Of a DNA stretch of 64,000 nucleotides, positions 50,976-60,407 are shown piece by piece. Made by a program: the position numbers and the translations under genes. Numbering within the stretch: position 1 is the first letter of the stretch; every line of letters begins with the position of its first letter. The notes below the pieces were generated by a model. That model made no database searches. It saw only the letters and a list, made by a program, of their open reading frames with translations, and was not told where the DNA came from. Where the stretch lies: positions 172,930 through 236,929 of the forward strand of contig JAWAHS010000002.1 of assembly GCA_038889075.1 (NCBI GenBank). Reading direction: 5' to 3'. This DNA comes from Ignisphaera sp. Lineage in GTDB: Archaea; Thermoproteota; Thermoprotei_A; Sulfolobales; Ignisphaeraceae.

Positions 50976-52085
50976 ATGTATGAGATTAGAAAGGAATCTC
51001 TATACAATCTATTGAAGAGGCTTGTAGAGGCTGTAGGTCCATCGGGTTTCGAAGATCCTGTAAGAGATATTGTTATAGATGAACTTAAAGGTTATGCAGA
51101 TTCCCTATGGGTTGATTCTCTCGGTAATGTTATTGCCGTTAAGAAGGGATCTAGAGGATCGGCTAAGCTCATGATTGCTGGACACATGGATGAAATAGGG
51201 CTTATTATTAGCTATATTGATGAAAGAGGCTTCTTGAGATTTCAACCAATTGGTGGTGTTTCTGAACGTACACTAATTGGTCAAAGAGTTATTATAAGGT
51301 CATCTAGTGGTGGTATTGTTAGAGGAGTTATAGGATCAAAGCCTCCTCACATAATGAAGCCTGAGGAGACAAAGCAGATTCCAGAGATTAAGGATCTCTA
51401 CATAGATATAGGCGCTAGCAGTAGAGCTGAGGTCGAAAAACTAGGTATCACGATTGGTAGTGTAGCGGTATTTGAAAGGGATTTGAATACCCTAGGTACA
51501 TCTGATGTTGTAGCTGGTAAGGCCCTAGATGATAGGGTTGGCGTTGTTGCTATGATAGAAGCGTTCAAAGCTATCGATGGTAATGATGTTGATGTATATG
51601 CTGTAGCAACCGTTCAAGAGGAAGTCGGTTTAAAAGGTGCAAGAGTAGCAGCATATTCTATAACACCACATATTGCGCTTGCCCTAGATGTCACAATAGC
51701 TAGTGATGTGGCCGGCGTCTCTGAGCAGGACTGGATAACACAGCTAGGTAAAGGACCAGCCATAAAAGTTGTTGATGGTAGAGCAGCTTCCGGGCTTATA
51801 GCACATCCTGCTATTAGAGATAAGCTTATAGAGATTGCAAAACAGTATGGAATACCATATCAGCTTGAAGTACTACATGGAGGAACAACAGATGCCTCCA
51901 TAATAGCACTGAATAAAGAGGGAGTACCAGCTGCAACAATATCGATTCCTACAAGATACATACATTCACCTGTAGAGGTTGTGAATCTAAATGATATTGT
52001 AATGTCATCTAGACTCACAATGCTATTTGCAACTAAGATATCATCAGAATGGGTTTTAACGATCATACGTAGAAATCTGAAGTAG
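50976..52085 (+). CDS. M42 family aminopeptidase
   Basis: HMDEIG, KALDDR, QEEVGLKGA, GGTTDA, RYIHSP. Confidence 0.94.
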   Translation: MYEIRKESLYNLLKRLVEAVGPSGFEDPVRDIVIDELKGYADSLWVDSLGNVIAVKKGSRGSAKLMIAGHMDEIGLIISYIDERGFLRFQPIGGVSERTLIGQRVIIRSSSGGIVRGVIGSKPPHIMKPEETKQIPEIKDLYIDIGASSRAEVEKLGITIGSVAVFERDLNTLGTSDVVAGKALDDRVGVVAMIEAFKAIDGNDVDVYAVATVQEEVGLKGARVAAYSITPHIALALDVTIASDVAGVSEQDWITQLGKGPAIKVVDGRAASGLIAHPAIRDKLIEIAKQYGIPYQLEVLHGGTTDASIIALNKEGVPAATISIPTRYIHSPVEVVNLNDIVMSSRLTMLFATKISSEWVLTIIRRNLK

Positions 52086-52249
52086 ATTAATACACTGTTA
52101 GATGACTCTATCAATTGTGTGCAACAATATAGATTATTTTTATATAAATCAACATCCATTACCGTAGATGGAAACAGTTTCGGAGGGCTCTATAGAAAAA
52201 TATATAAATGCTCTTCGGTGAATAGTGCCCGGGAGAAATGTGAAGCACC

Positions 52250-52669
52250 ATGCCTGGCGAAAATGGGCTATTCATGGGGGCGTCCATACTAATTGTAGTT
52301 ACAGCTATCATAGGTGTTGCATTCATTCAATGGGTAGTAAGCTCAATCAATTCATTTGAGGTAGCTCAGCTATATATACTTGATGGTAGCTATATCGATA
52401 CTTCAAGTAGAATTCTATTTCTGCATATCAGAAATCCCAGTAATGTACCGATAGCTATTCAAATGATTGAAATAGTTGGTTTTGAAAAGGTAGATAGATT
52501 TACTAGATTTAATGAAGGACCGTATCTAATGCCAATAATTGTGGATCCTAATTCCGATCGTGTTATACGTGTACCACTATCACGTAACTATATTAATGGT
52601 GTGATATATCAAGTCAAGGTATATACTGCTACGGGTAGAGAATACACAACGATAGTTCAAGCAGAATAG
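52250..52669 (+). CDS. small membrane-anchored protein, archaeal pilin-like
   Basis: N-terminal hydrophobic helix ending in W, then IRN, Y.VKV.T..G beta-rich domain. Confidence 0.5.
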   Translation: MPGENGLFMGASILIVVTAIIGVAFIQWVVSSINSFEVAQLYILDGSYIDTSSRILFLHIRNPSNVPIAIQMIEIVGFEKVDRFTRFNEGPYLMPIIVDPNSDRVIRVPLSRNYINGVIYQVKVYTATGREYTTIVQAE

Positions 52670-52794
52670 AACCTTTTCACATCCATTACGATTCTACGTA
52701 CATACCAATCGCATTGCTTATATATTATTGGAAGTAGAATTCCTTAAATATTCTATAGGTACATTTTACAATACTAGAGAGTTGGTGTGAAACG

Positions 52795-53265
52795 ATGGTT
52801 TTTCCTGGTAAACGGGTTATAGTAGGCTCCGATGATGTATACCCAATTGTAAATACTGTTATCAAATACCTTACGGAGAAGGGATTTGAAGTTGTAACTG
52901 TAGGTGCTGCAAAGAGTAACAAACTAGAACCCTGGCCTATAGTTGGTTACGAAGTTGGTAAAGCCGTAGCTAGTGGTGAGGTTGACTGGGGTATTGCTAT
53001 ATGCTATACAGGTACTGGGGTGTCGATAGCTGCTAATAAGGTTAGAGGTGTTAGAGCAGCTTTATGTAATGATCCTGGAACCGCTAGAGGTGCAAGGCTT
53101 TGGAATGATGCTAATGTTCTCGTTATGAGTGGAAGGTTGGTTAGCGAGTATCTAGCTAAGGAAATTCTAGATGCATGGATCTCAACCACTGAAATAGATG
53201 AAAGTGAAGCAAAAAATATAGAAATGCTAAAAAACCTCGATAGAGGTCTACAGATAGAGCAGTAG
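52795..53265 (+). CDS. RpiB/LacA/LacB family sugar isomerase (atypical)
   Basis: GSD, CYTGTG, AANKV.GVRAA, NDANVL. Confidence 0.88.
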   Translation: MVFPGKRVIVGSDDVYPIVNTVIKYLTEKGFEVVTVGAAKSNKLEPWPIVGYEVGKAVASGEVDWGIAICYTGTGVSIAANKVRGVRAALCNDPGTARGARLWNDANVLVMSGRLVSEYLAKEILDAWISTTEIDESEAKNIEMLKNLDRGLQIEQ

Positions 53266-53299
53266 AAGCATCTCATAGCAGATTTCCAAGGGATAAAGT

Positions 53300-53971
53300 A
53301 TGTACAGATACCTTCATCTGGAGAAACAAGTATTAAACAAGATGAAAGGCGAAATGAATTTGTATTGGATGCCGTGTCTCCTAGTGAAATTTCCCGAGTG
53401 TAAACCTAAAGATACATTTATATCTGATTGTTTTCTTAGAACATATATCGATAATCCATATCTAGGACTACTGCTCTTAAAGAAGGCACCTAAAAATATA
53501 AAGGTAGTCGACGAGCCTCCCATAGAGGCTCAAAGAATTAGTGTCGAGAAATGTAGTGGCGTTAATTTAGTTAATGAACTGAATGAAGTAAGCAACGAAA
53601 TCTACCGAGGGGAGTATACGAGACTCTATGAACTTGTAGATAAGCTTACCGAATATGATGATATCGAAGTTAAGATGAGAGTATTTTTAAGAACAAGAAA
53701 ATATGTAATACCTGCTGAGAGGGTTAGAGAAGTTGGAAAGAAAATAGCTGTAGAATCCATAAAATCAGCATTGAAAACCCTATGTATAAAAAATATTGAG
53801 GAAAGCTATAGAACACCAACAGCGGTCACCGAACCCATATACATATTATTCTATATAGATTCAAGATATACCTTAGCAGGTTTCATAGTGGGCAAAAAGA
53901 TTATTGAAAGCAATTCCCATGCAAAAATAATATCAAAATTTAAGGAGAATATGAAGGAAGTTTTTAGATGA
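53300..53971 (+). CDS. hypothetical protein
   Basis: 223-aa ORF of typical composition; no motif. Confidence 0.6.
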   Translation: MYRYLHLEKQVLNKMKGEMNLYWMPCLLVKFPECKPKDTFISDCFLRTYIDNPYLGLLLLKKAPKNIKVVDEPPIEAQRISVEKCSGVNLVNELNEVSNEIYRGEYTRLYELVDKLTEYDDIEVKMRVFLRTRKYVIPAERVREVGKKIAVESIKSALKTLCIKNIEESYRTPTAVTEPIYILFYIDSRYTLAGFIVGKKIIESNSHAKIISKFKENMKEVFR

Positions 53972-54042
53972 AAATTAAACATAAAAAGTAATAATTTATA
54001 TAATTTATATATTATCCAAAAACTTCCTACACTTTGCTACTA

Positions 54043-54285
54043 TCAGATGACCCTTATAGTACCATCCTCCCTATACTCATAGCATAGAAAGCCATATAGC
54101 ACTGTAGCATGGCATTCTATACTATTCTTTCCTCTCCTTCTGTTATCAGCTACATAGCGCACTGTCTCATTTCTCCATACGCTATCTTTATCAGCACTTT
54201 GTTTGCTACCATTACCGAATCCGCTAATTAGGGCTTTTATTTCTCTACCTACTATCTTTATACCAGATATATTGAGTTTAAACAT
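54043..54285 (-). CDS. small hypothetical protein (~80 aa)
   Basis: ATG 54285 preceded by GGTGTG and a TATATAAG box at 54329-54322. Confidence 0.4.
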   Translation of the reverse strand: MFKLNISGIKIVGREIKALISGFGNGSKQSADKDSVWRNETVRYVADNRRRGKNSIECHATVLYGFLCYEYREDGTIRVI

Positions 54286-54299
54286 ATTTCGCACACCGA

Positions 54300-54367
54300 G
54301 TATAGTATATATGATAACACCCTTATATACTATACGTATATATTAGGTATACTCAGTATACCTAATA
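54300..54367. promoter_or_regulatory. cluster of perfect inverted repeats (probable operator)
   Basis: GTATAGTATATA 54300-54311 / TATATACTATAC 54324-54335; TATACGTATA 54331-54340; TATTAGGTATACT-C-AGTATACCTAATA 54341-54367. Confidence 0.7.
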
Positions 54368-54574
54368 ATACTTGTCTATACATTCTACAAGCAAGTTTAA
54401 AGAAAGGATACATGTATCCATAGAAACAATTTCAGCCCTTTATCCACCTATAATGAGCATTGCTCCGGATCGCCAAGGCTATATGTAGGTAAAAATATGC
54501 TTTATTTAGCAGTAATTCATAAAATCATGGTAATTACATCTATGAATCGTTTTCTCAATTCAAGGGTGGTTGGT

Positions 54575-55190
54575 TTGCTTTAACCGAGAAACTACGTAGA
54601 TTATGTAAGGATGGGAGTGGAGTTGCTCCTAAGACTTCTATTACATGTTTTGAGGATTTCGCCACTTGGTATATACCAAAGTAGAGAGAATACGGTTGTT
54701 GTTATAAGTGATGGTACAGTGATTTTTGGGTATAGGTAATATAGAACCTTTTACAGGACTAGTTGCTATGGAGAGTAAGTGTCTTCTCTCTAAATATCCT
54801 GATGGGACTATCTATGTATCTATAGCTGTTCGCAAGAAGGATCCGGGAATATGGTCATGGAGGGCTAGAGCAAGAATTTGTAGCTATGGGTGGAGCAGTT
54901 TTCCAAACCAGATAATCAATGGTTTTAGATTTTCGGTAGTATTTAGAGGAACTTTTACTATTTTAGAGTTAGAGAGCTAACTGATGAAATGTCTATAGCA
55001 ACTATCCATGCCATAGCAAAATATGGAGAGGAAACCAGTATCTATGGAGATAGGATTATTGGGACTGTGCAGGGAATAGAATTGTATGTAAGGAAGTCTA
55101 TGACTGTTGCTGAAAAAGCTATGGAGCTCGAATATGAAATAAGGGAATTGATAGAAAGGTTCGGGAAGTACATGGAGGTACTAATAGGGA
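54575..55190 (+). pseudogene. decayed NAD(P)-dependent malic enzyme (boundaries approximate)
   Basis: Collinear fragments PK...FEDFATWYIP / NTVVVISDGTVILGIGNI...MESKCLL.KY / FPNQI.N...VFRG / TDEM..A...AIAKY..E...AEKAME with frameshifts, stops and a large internal deletion. Confidence 0.8.
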
Positions 55191-55247
55191 AGAACTTATA
55201 TAGAACCTATACCATGAGTATAGAGAGCTTAAGGTGTAGAGAAGGCT

Positions 55248-56129
55248 ATGGGTATCAAAATGCTAGAGGAGGCTATAGAGAGAGCTGCTGTAGAGGCTAT
55301 AACAAGAGCTGTAATCTACATACCACCAGATGTTAAAGAAGCCCTTAGAAAAGTATATCGTGAAGAGGAAAGTGAAGCAAGTAGATCTCAACTAGAGGCA
55401 ATACTAAAAAACATTGAATTGGCTGAAAAGATGAAGAGACCAATATGTCAGGATACAGGGGTCATACTATACTATGTAAAGGTAGGCTACGAGTTCCCAT
55501 CATTCAAAACAGTTGAGAAAAGTCTAGTAAATGCCGTTAGGACAGCTACAAGGACCATCCCCCTAAGACCCAATACCGTCCACCCATTTACTGGGAAAAA
55601 CCCTGGCGATAACACTGGGAGATACATGCCATATCTCAACATAGAGTTCATCGATGGAAATGAACTAGAGATTACAGTAGTACCCAAAGGTGGAGGCTCT
55701 GAGTATGTCTCTGTTCTAGAAATGCCTCCCCCTGGAGAGGGTATTAAAGCAATAAAGAGAGCCGTAGTCGATGCCGTACTGAGGGCCGGTTCTATGCCTT
55801 GTCCACCTACAGTTGTTGGTGTAGGAATCGGTGGGGGTTCGGACATAGCTCTTCATCTTGCTAAGAAAGCTGCATGTCTTAGAAAGCTAGGTTCATCAAA
55901 TCCGGATCCAGAGTTAGATAAGTTGGAAAAGGAACTGTATACAGCATTGAATGAGCTTGGCATAGGTACAATGGGTATGGGAGGGAAGTCTACAGTGCTT
56001 GCTGTACACATGGACTATGCATACAGACATCCAGCTGTCCTACCCATAGGTATAGTCTTTCAGTGCTGGGCTGTAAGAAGAGCTACTGCTAGGGTTAAGC
56101 CGGATGGAAGCTACGAGGTTTTTCAGTAA
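55248..56129 (+). CDS. Fe-S fumarate hydratase (or tartrate dehydratase) subunit alpha
   Basis: PICQDTG, PLRPN, KGGGSE, PCPP..VGVGIGG, QCWA.R. Confidence 0.92.
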   Translation: MGIKMLEEAIERAAVEAITRAVIYIPPDVKEALRKVYREEESEASRSQLEAILKNIELAEKMKRPICQDTGVILYYVKVGYEFPSFKTVEKSLVNAVRTATRTIPLRPNTVHPFTGKNPGDNTGRYMPYLNIEFIDGNELEITVVPKGGGSEYVSVLEMPPPGEGIKAIKRAVVDAVLRAGSMPCPPTVVGVGIGGGSDIALHLAKKAACLRKLGSSNPDPELDKLEKELYTALNELGIGTMGMGGKSTVLAVHMDYAYRHPAVLPIGIVFQCWAVRRATARVKPDGSYEVFQ

Positions 56130-56360
56130 TTCGGGAGGGGTTCAGCTCTTGTATAGGTTTATATTGGTTGGTTTCATCGCCTCATACTTTTTCCTCTGCA
56201 TTCTGCTCGGGTTCTCATTGGGCTTGGGGGTATTCAGGGGCACCCCTAGACATCCACATCTTGGGTATCTCGGGGAGAGCTACTATCTAGAGCATCTCAG
56301 CGGCTCTCGAACCCCTCATCCAGCTACCTCCACACATATCGCTGTACAAGGTGTTTATAG
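56130..56360 (-). mobile_element. probable internally deleted TnpB-element remnant (IS200/IS605 or IS607 type)
   Basis: GC-richer insert between the subunit genes; minus strand 56270-56142 reads RYPRCGCLGVPLNTPKPNENPSRMQRKKYEAMKPTNINLYKS*, resembling crenarchaeal TnpB C-terminal tails as I recall them; GGAGGT + ATG at 56319. Confidence 0.6.
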
Positions 56361-56426
56361 GCGTTTCTATCAATATCAATCAATGAACAGATATGAAAAA
56401 CGAAACAATTGCACAAGGCGGTTAAT

Positions 56427-57029
56427 ATGGCAATCTACTACTTGAGAACACCTCTCCAGGAAGAGGATGTCAGAAAGTTAAAAGTTGGTGATGCGATATA
56501 CCTTACTGGTATCGTCGTCACGGCCAGGGATGCCGCACATAGAAGAATGATTGAGTATTTAAGGGAGGGCAAACCCCTTCCCATAGATTTAAAGGGAGGT
56601 GCGATATATCATTGCGGTCCAGTAGTTGAAAAGATCAATGATGAATGGAGGGTGGTTTCTGGAGGACCTACAACTAGTACTAGAATGGAGCTATACGAAG
56701 CTGATATAATAAAACACTTTGGTGTAAGACTTATTATAGGTAAGGGTGGCATGGGCTCAAAAACAGCTCAAGCATGTAAGGAATTTGGAGCTGTCTATAC
56801 AACTTTTACAGGAGGTGCAGGGGTTCTTGTGGCAAATGCAATTAAACGTGTTATAAGGGTTGAATGGTTAGATCTCGGGATCCCAGAGGCTTTATGGGTT
56901 CTTGATGTAGAGAATTTCGGACCTCTACTTGTAACGATTGACACTACGGGAAGAAATCTGACCGAAGAAGTTATAGAGGGAGCAAAGCGTAAACGTGAAG
57001 AGATACTTAAAAAGCTTGGGGTAATTTGA
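56427..57029 (+). CDS. Fe-S fumarate hydratase (or tartrate dehydratase) subunit beta
   Basis: TARDAAH, YHCGP, GPTTS.RM, IGKGGM, DLGIPEA. Confidence 0.92.
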   Translation: MAIYYLRTPLQEEDVRKLKVGDAIYLTGIVVTARDAAHRRMIEYLREGKPLPIDLKGGAIYHCGPVVEKINDEWRVVSGGPTTSTRMELYEADIIKHFGVRLIIGKGGMGSKTAQACKEFGAVYTTFTGGAGVLVANAIKRVIRVEWLDLGIPEALWVLDVENFGPLLVTIDTTGRNLTEEVIEGAKRKREEILKKLGVI

Positions 57030-57527
57030 ATAAACAATATTAGTATTTAAAATGCATATTTGGGCCATTAAACATGCTGCACTCCCCAGCAAAGTGTTTA
57101 AAGTAGTGTACAGTACTGATTATTAATCTATAATACTATCTATTGCATTAAAAGCTTGAGAGGAAATATTACGATATTCCTTCATATATTCAATCAATTA
57201 CTTAATATGGAAAAATCTAGTGGAATTTTAAGAGCTTCTGAACATCGTTAACCATTCAAATTGTATAGATTATTGCTAATAGTGCCTACATCTACATAAG
57301 CCTCTAACAACTAAGGATTTTACAATAAGAGTCTGTAGAGAGTCTTCAGTAACATTCGATACGAGCTCGATATATGTGGCTGTAAAAGATAGGATGAAAT
57401 AAATTTAATTTGAACTCAAAAGGTAGTCAATTTAGCCATATTCATGCTATTCCCATTTATTAAAATTCGTTAAATATTATTTAGGTGTAGGTTATGGTAT
57501 TTAGATATTGTCTACTCTTTCATATGG

Positions 57528-58865
57528 TTAGATTACATGTTTAGAGACTTTGACATTTCTTACCAATACATACGGTATTTTCGATGGTGTTGAAATTTCC
57601 CACCACTGTACATTGTATGCATCTCTACCAACATGTTCTATGTTGTTCAGTATGTTGGGAAAGCTATCAGCCACCCTAATCTTATTCACAGGTTTCACGA
57701 TCCTGCCGTTCTCTATGTAGAATACGGCATCTCTAGCTATTGTTGAAAATAATCCTTCAACATAGCTCTGCAACCTTGTATACCAGTTGTTAGTTATGAG
57801 TAGACCTCTTTTTACATCCGATACAATTTCATCTAGCTTGGCATCACCAGATCTAACAACTATATTCCATGGACTAGGTCTTATCCAACCTGCATTAGCC
57901 GTGGATTTTGTGTTCATAATTTTTGCTGTTTTGGTATTGTGAAGGATTGTTCTAAGTATTCCATCTTCAATAATAGGTTTGTCGAAGGTTTCTAAGCTCT
58001 CATAGTCGAAACTTGAGGCATTTGGAAGTTCATGGTTTCTAGGTTCGTCGTAGACTGTAAGTTTTTCTGATGCGACTCTATCACCTATTCTATTCTTCAT
58101 AAATATTGATAGGCCCATGATCACAGAGAATGCTGAAGCCATATCAATTATATAATCGAGTAGGTTCCCAAAGACCATGGGGCTAAATACAATGTCGTAG
58201 GTCCCTGGTTCAATATCTTCCCGCTTTCTGGAATCGACGGCATATCTGGCTGCTATAGAGGCCATTTCCTCTAATCCATCTATATCATATTTTGTTGATG
58301 TGAAGCACCACTGTCCGCTTCCATCGGGTTCTGCAAATGCTCTAATATATCCCTGCAGAGCTGTTTTATCCTCTGAAAGTTGTACGCCCTTTGAAGATAC
58401 TAGTGCTATCCTCATATAGCTTAGCTGTAGCATGCCTGCAACGCTATCTATTCTCTCCCTATGTGCTACTTCTATAATGTGTTCGGATATCTTTTCAACT
58501 TCACCCATAGCCTTTAAAATCCTATTATCAGCGAGACCACCAATATATCTTATAGGTGTAGGCTCTGGTAGAGGTGCGTAGAGCTGTGATTCAGCTACCT
58601 TTAGAGTCATCGTAGATATTCTATCCATACCATTTAGAAGCTCTTCTACGGATTTTGGTTCATAGCTACCCACAAATATCCTTTTATCCTTAGTCAAGTA
58701 TAGTTCAACAATTATTGGTGTCCACTGCTGCAAAACAGTAGGTTCACTATTAGCTATCTTCACCATAACCCTCCTAGATGCTGTAACCACTGCTACCGCT
58801 TCATCAAACCCTCTTCTAATAGCTTCATCAACAATCCTCTGTGCAATCTCAATCTCGCTATCCAT
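57528..58865 (-). CDS. TldE/PmbA family protein
   Basis: PG.Y..VFSP, FD.E, STANAG, WYTR; no HExxH; paired with TldD. Confidence 0.88.
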   Translation of the reverse strand: MDSEIEIAQRIVDEAIRRGFDEAVAVVTASRRVMVKIANSEPTVLQQWTPIIVELYLTKDKRIFVGSYEPKSVEELLNGMDRISTMTLKVAESQLYAPLPEPTPIRYIGGLADNRILKAMGEVEKISEHIIEVAHRERIDSVAGMLQLSYMRIALVSSKGVQLSEDKTALQGYIRAFAEPDGSGQWCFTSTKYDIDGLEEMASIAARYAVDSRKREDIEPGTYDIVFSPMVFGNLLDYIIDMASAFSVIMGLSIFMKNRIGDRVASEKLTVYDEPRNHELPNASSFDYESLETFDKPIIEDGILRTILHNTKTAKIMNTKSTANAGWIRPSPWNIVVRSGDAKLDEIVSDVKRGLLITNNWYTRLQSYVEGLFSTIARDAVFYIENGRIVKPVNKIRVADSFPNILNNIEHVGRDAYNVQWWEISTPSKIPYVLVRNVKVSKHVI

Positions 58866-58866
58866 T

Positions 58867-60309
58867 TTATATCACCCCAAGTTTTATTTTAGATAATCTG
58901 ACGTCAGGTCCACCAAACCACACTGGCACTCCTTGCATGGGTTCACCCTTACCACAGGTTCCAGCATAAAATCTAAGATCCTTTCCCACAGCATCTATTA
59001 AGCTATAGAAGGCTCTAGTTGTTAGCTCAAGTACAGGGTTTCTAATGAATTTAGTGGTTTCACCATTTTCTATGAGATAGGCTTCTAAACCAACGTATCT
59101 CTGGCTCCACCTCTCATCATCTATATTCCACTCCATGTAACTCTTTATATATACACCTAGCCTTACATCCTCTAGTAATTCATCAAAGCCGTGGTCACCA
59201 GGCTTAAGGTAGGTATTGGCCATTCTGATTATGGGTTCGCTTCCATAGTGCATAGCTCTTGCGGCAGCATTGCTATCAACATTAAATACCTTTGCTGTCC
59301 ATCTATTGTGTAGAAATTCGTTTATCACACCCTCCTTATAGAGATATCTAGGTCTCGCTGCAACGCCTTCATCATCATATAGGTAGAATCCGTAGCTATT
59401 GGGTATGGTCGGATCATCTATGACTGTTGCATATCGATTACCAATTCTTTCACCAATCATATTAGGCTTAATGAAGCTTTTACCAGCCTGTGCAGCTTCC
59501 CTTCCGAGTATTCTATCAGCTTCGCTAGGATGTCCGCAACTCTCATGAACTATGAGAGCAACTATTTCACTTCCTACAATCACAGGTACCTCTTCCTTAG
59601 GAGGTTCAACGGCTGTAAGAAGTATTTTTTCAAGAGTTTTTGCCTCACTTACAATGGTATTCTCTAAGTCCCACTGTGCAATCTGTTCGAGACCTCCACT
59701 ACCACCAAATTGTTCAACTCTCTGGACTGTACCCTTCTGGGGATGTGATACAACAACATTGTAAAACATCGATAATCTAGGTATTCTGCTTTTAATATAG
59801 GCTCCATCAGTATTGATCACTATCTTATCTTCTATAAATTCGGTGTAGTTTAGCATAAATACCTCTACCTTTGCTTCGGTAGCGCTCTTTGATACGCTAT
59901 TCCAGAGCTCTTTATGCAATGAAACCTTCTGATCAACATCGATAGAATCGAAACTCTTCTGCTCAATAACATTATAGCTAGCTCTACCAACTCTTGCAGG
60001 TACAAACTCTATAGGTCTTTTCATAAGCCTTGAATGGGTTTTCGCTAATCTATACGCATCCTCGACAGCCCTTCTAATAGATTCCCTATCAAGGTTATTA
60101 GTAGACGAAAAACCCAGCGCCCCATCAACTAGCACCCGTATACCAACACCGTCACTGACTTCAAAACCCGTTGCTATAACCGAACCATTTCTTGAGACGA
60201 TACCAAAGCCTTCTATTCTATGATATCTAACCTCAGCATAGTCTGCAGCAAGACTCTCTGCAACCTTTAAAGCATACAAAGCTATATCTTCATCCAAAAT
60301 CCACACCAA
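58867..60309 (-). CDS. tldD: TldD family metalloprotease
   Basis: GIRVL.DG..GF, HESCGHPSE.D, YDDEG, RMANT, CGK..P.Q. Confidence 0.92.
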   Translation of the reverse strand: MVWILDEDIALYALKVAESLAADYAEVRYHRIEGFGIVSRNGSVIATGFEVSDGVGIRVLVDGALGFSSTNNLDRESIRRAVEDAYRLAKTHSRLMKRPIEFVPARVGRASYNVIEQKSFDSIDVDQKVSLHKELWNSVSKSATEAKVEVFMLNYTEFIEDKIVINTDGAYIKSRIPRLSMFYNVVVSHPQKGTVQRVEQFGGSGGLEQIAQWDLENTIVSEAKTLEKILLTAVEPPKEEVPVIVGSEIVALIVHESCGHPSEADRILGREAAQAGKSFIKPNMIGERIGNRYATVIDDPTIPNSYGFYLYDDEGVAARPRYLYKEGVINEFLHNRWTAKVFNVDSNAAARAMHYGSEPIIRMANTYLKPGDHGFDELLEDVRLGVYIKSYMEWNIDDERWSQRYVGLEAYLIENGETTKFIRNPVLELTTRAFYSLIDAVGKDLRFYAGTCGKGEPMQGVPVWFGGPDVRLSKIKLGVI

Positions 60310-60407
60310 GTAATTTTTGCATGGAAACCACTTAAAAGTTGTTGATATGTAGTGATAGAATTCTAAACTTACTACACATTTCTATACATAAACATATGTA
60401 GAGCTTA

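Noticed and set aside
56104-56445. 113-aa + strand ORF between the fumarase subunits
   Set aside because: Overlaps both neighbours, atypical composition; better explained as the antisense of an element remnant
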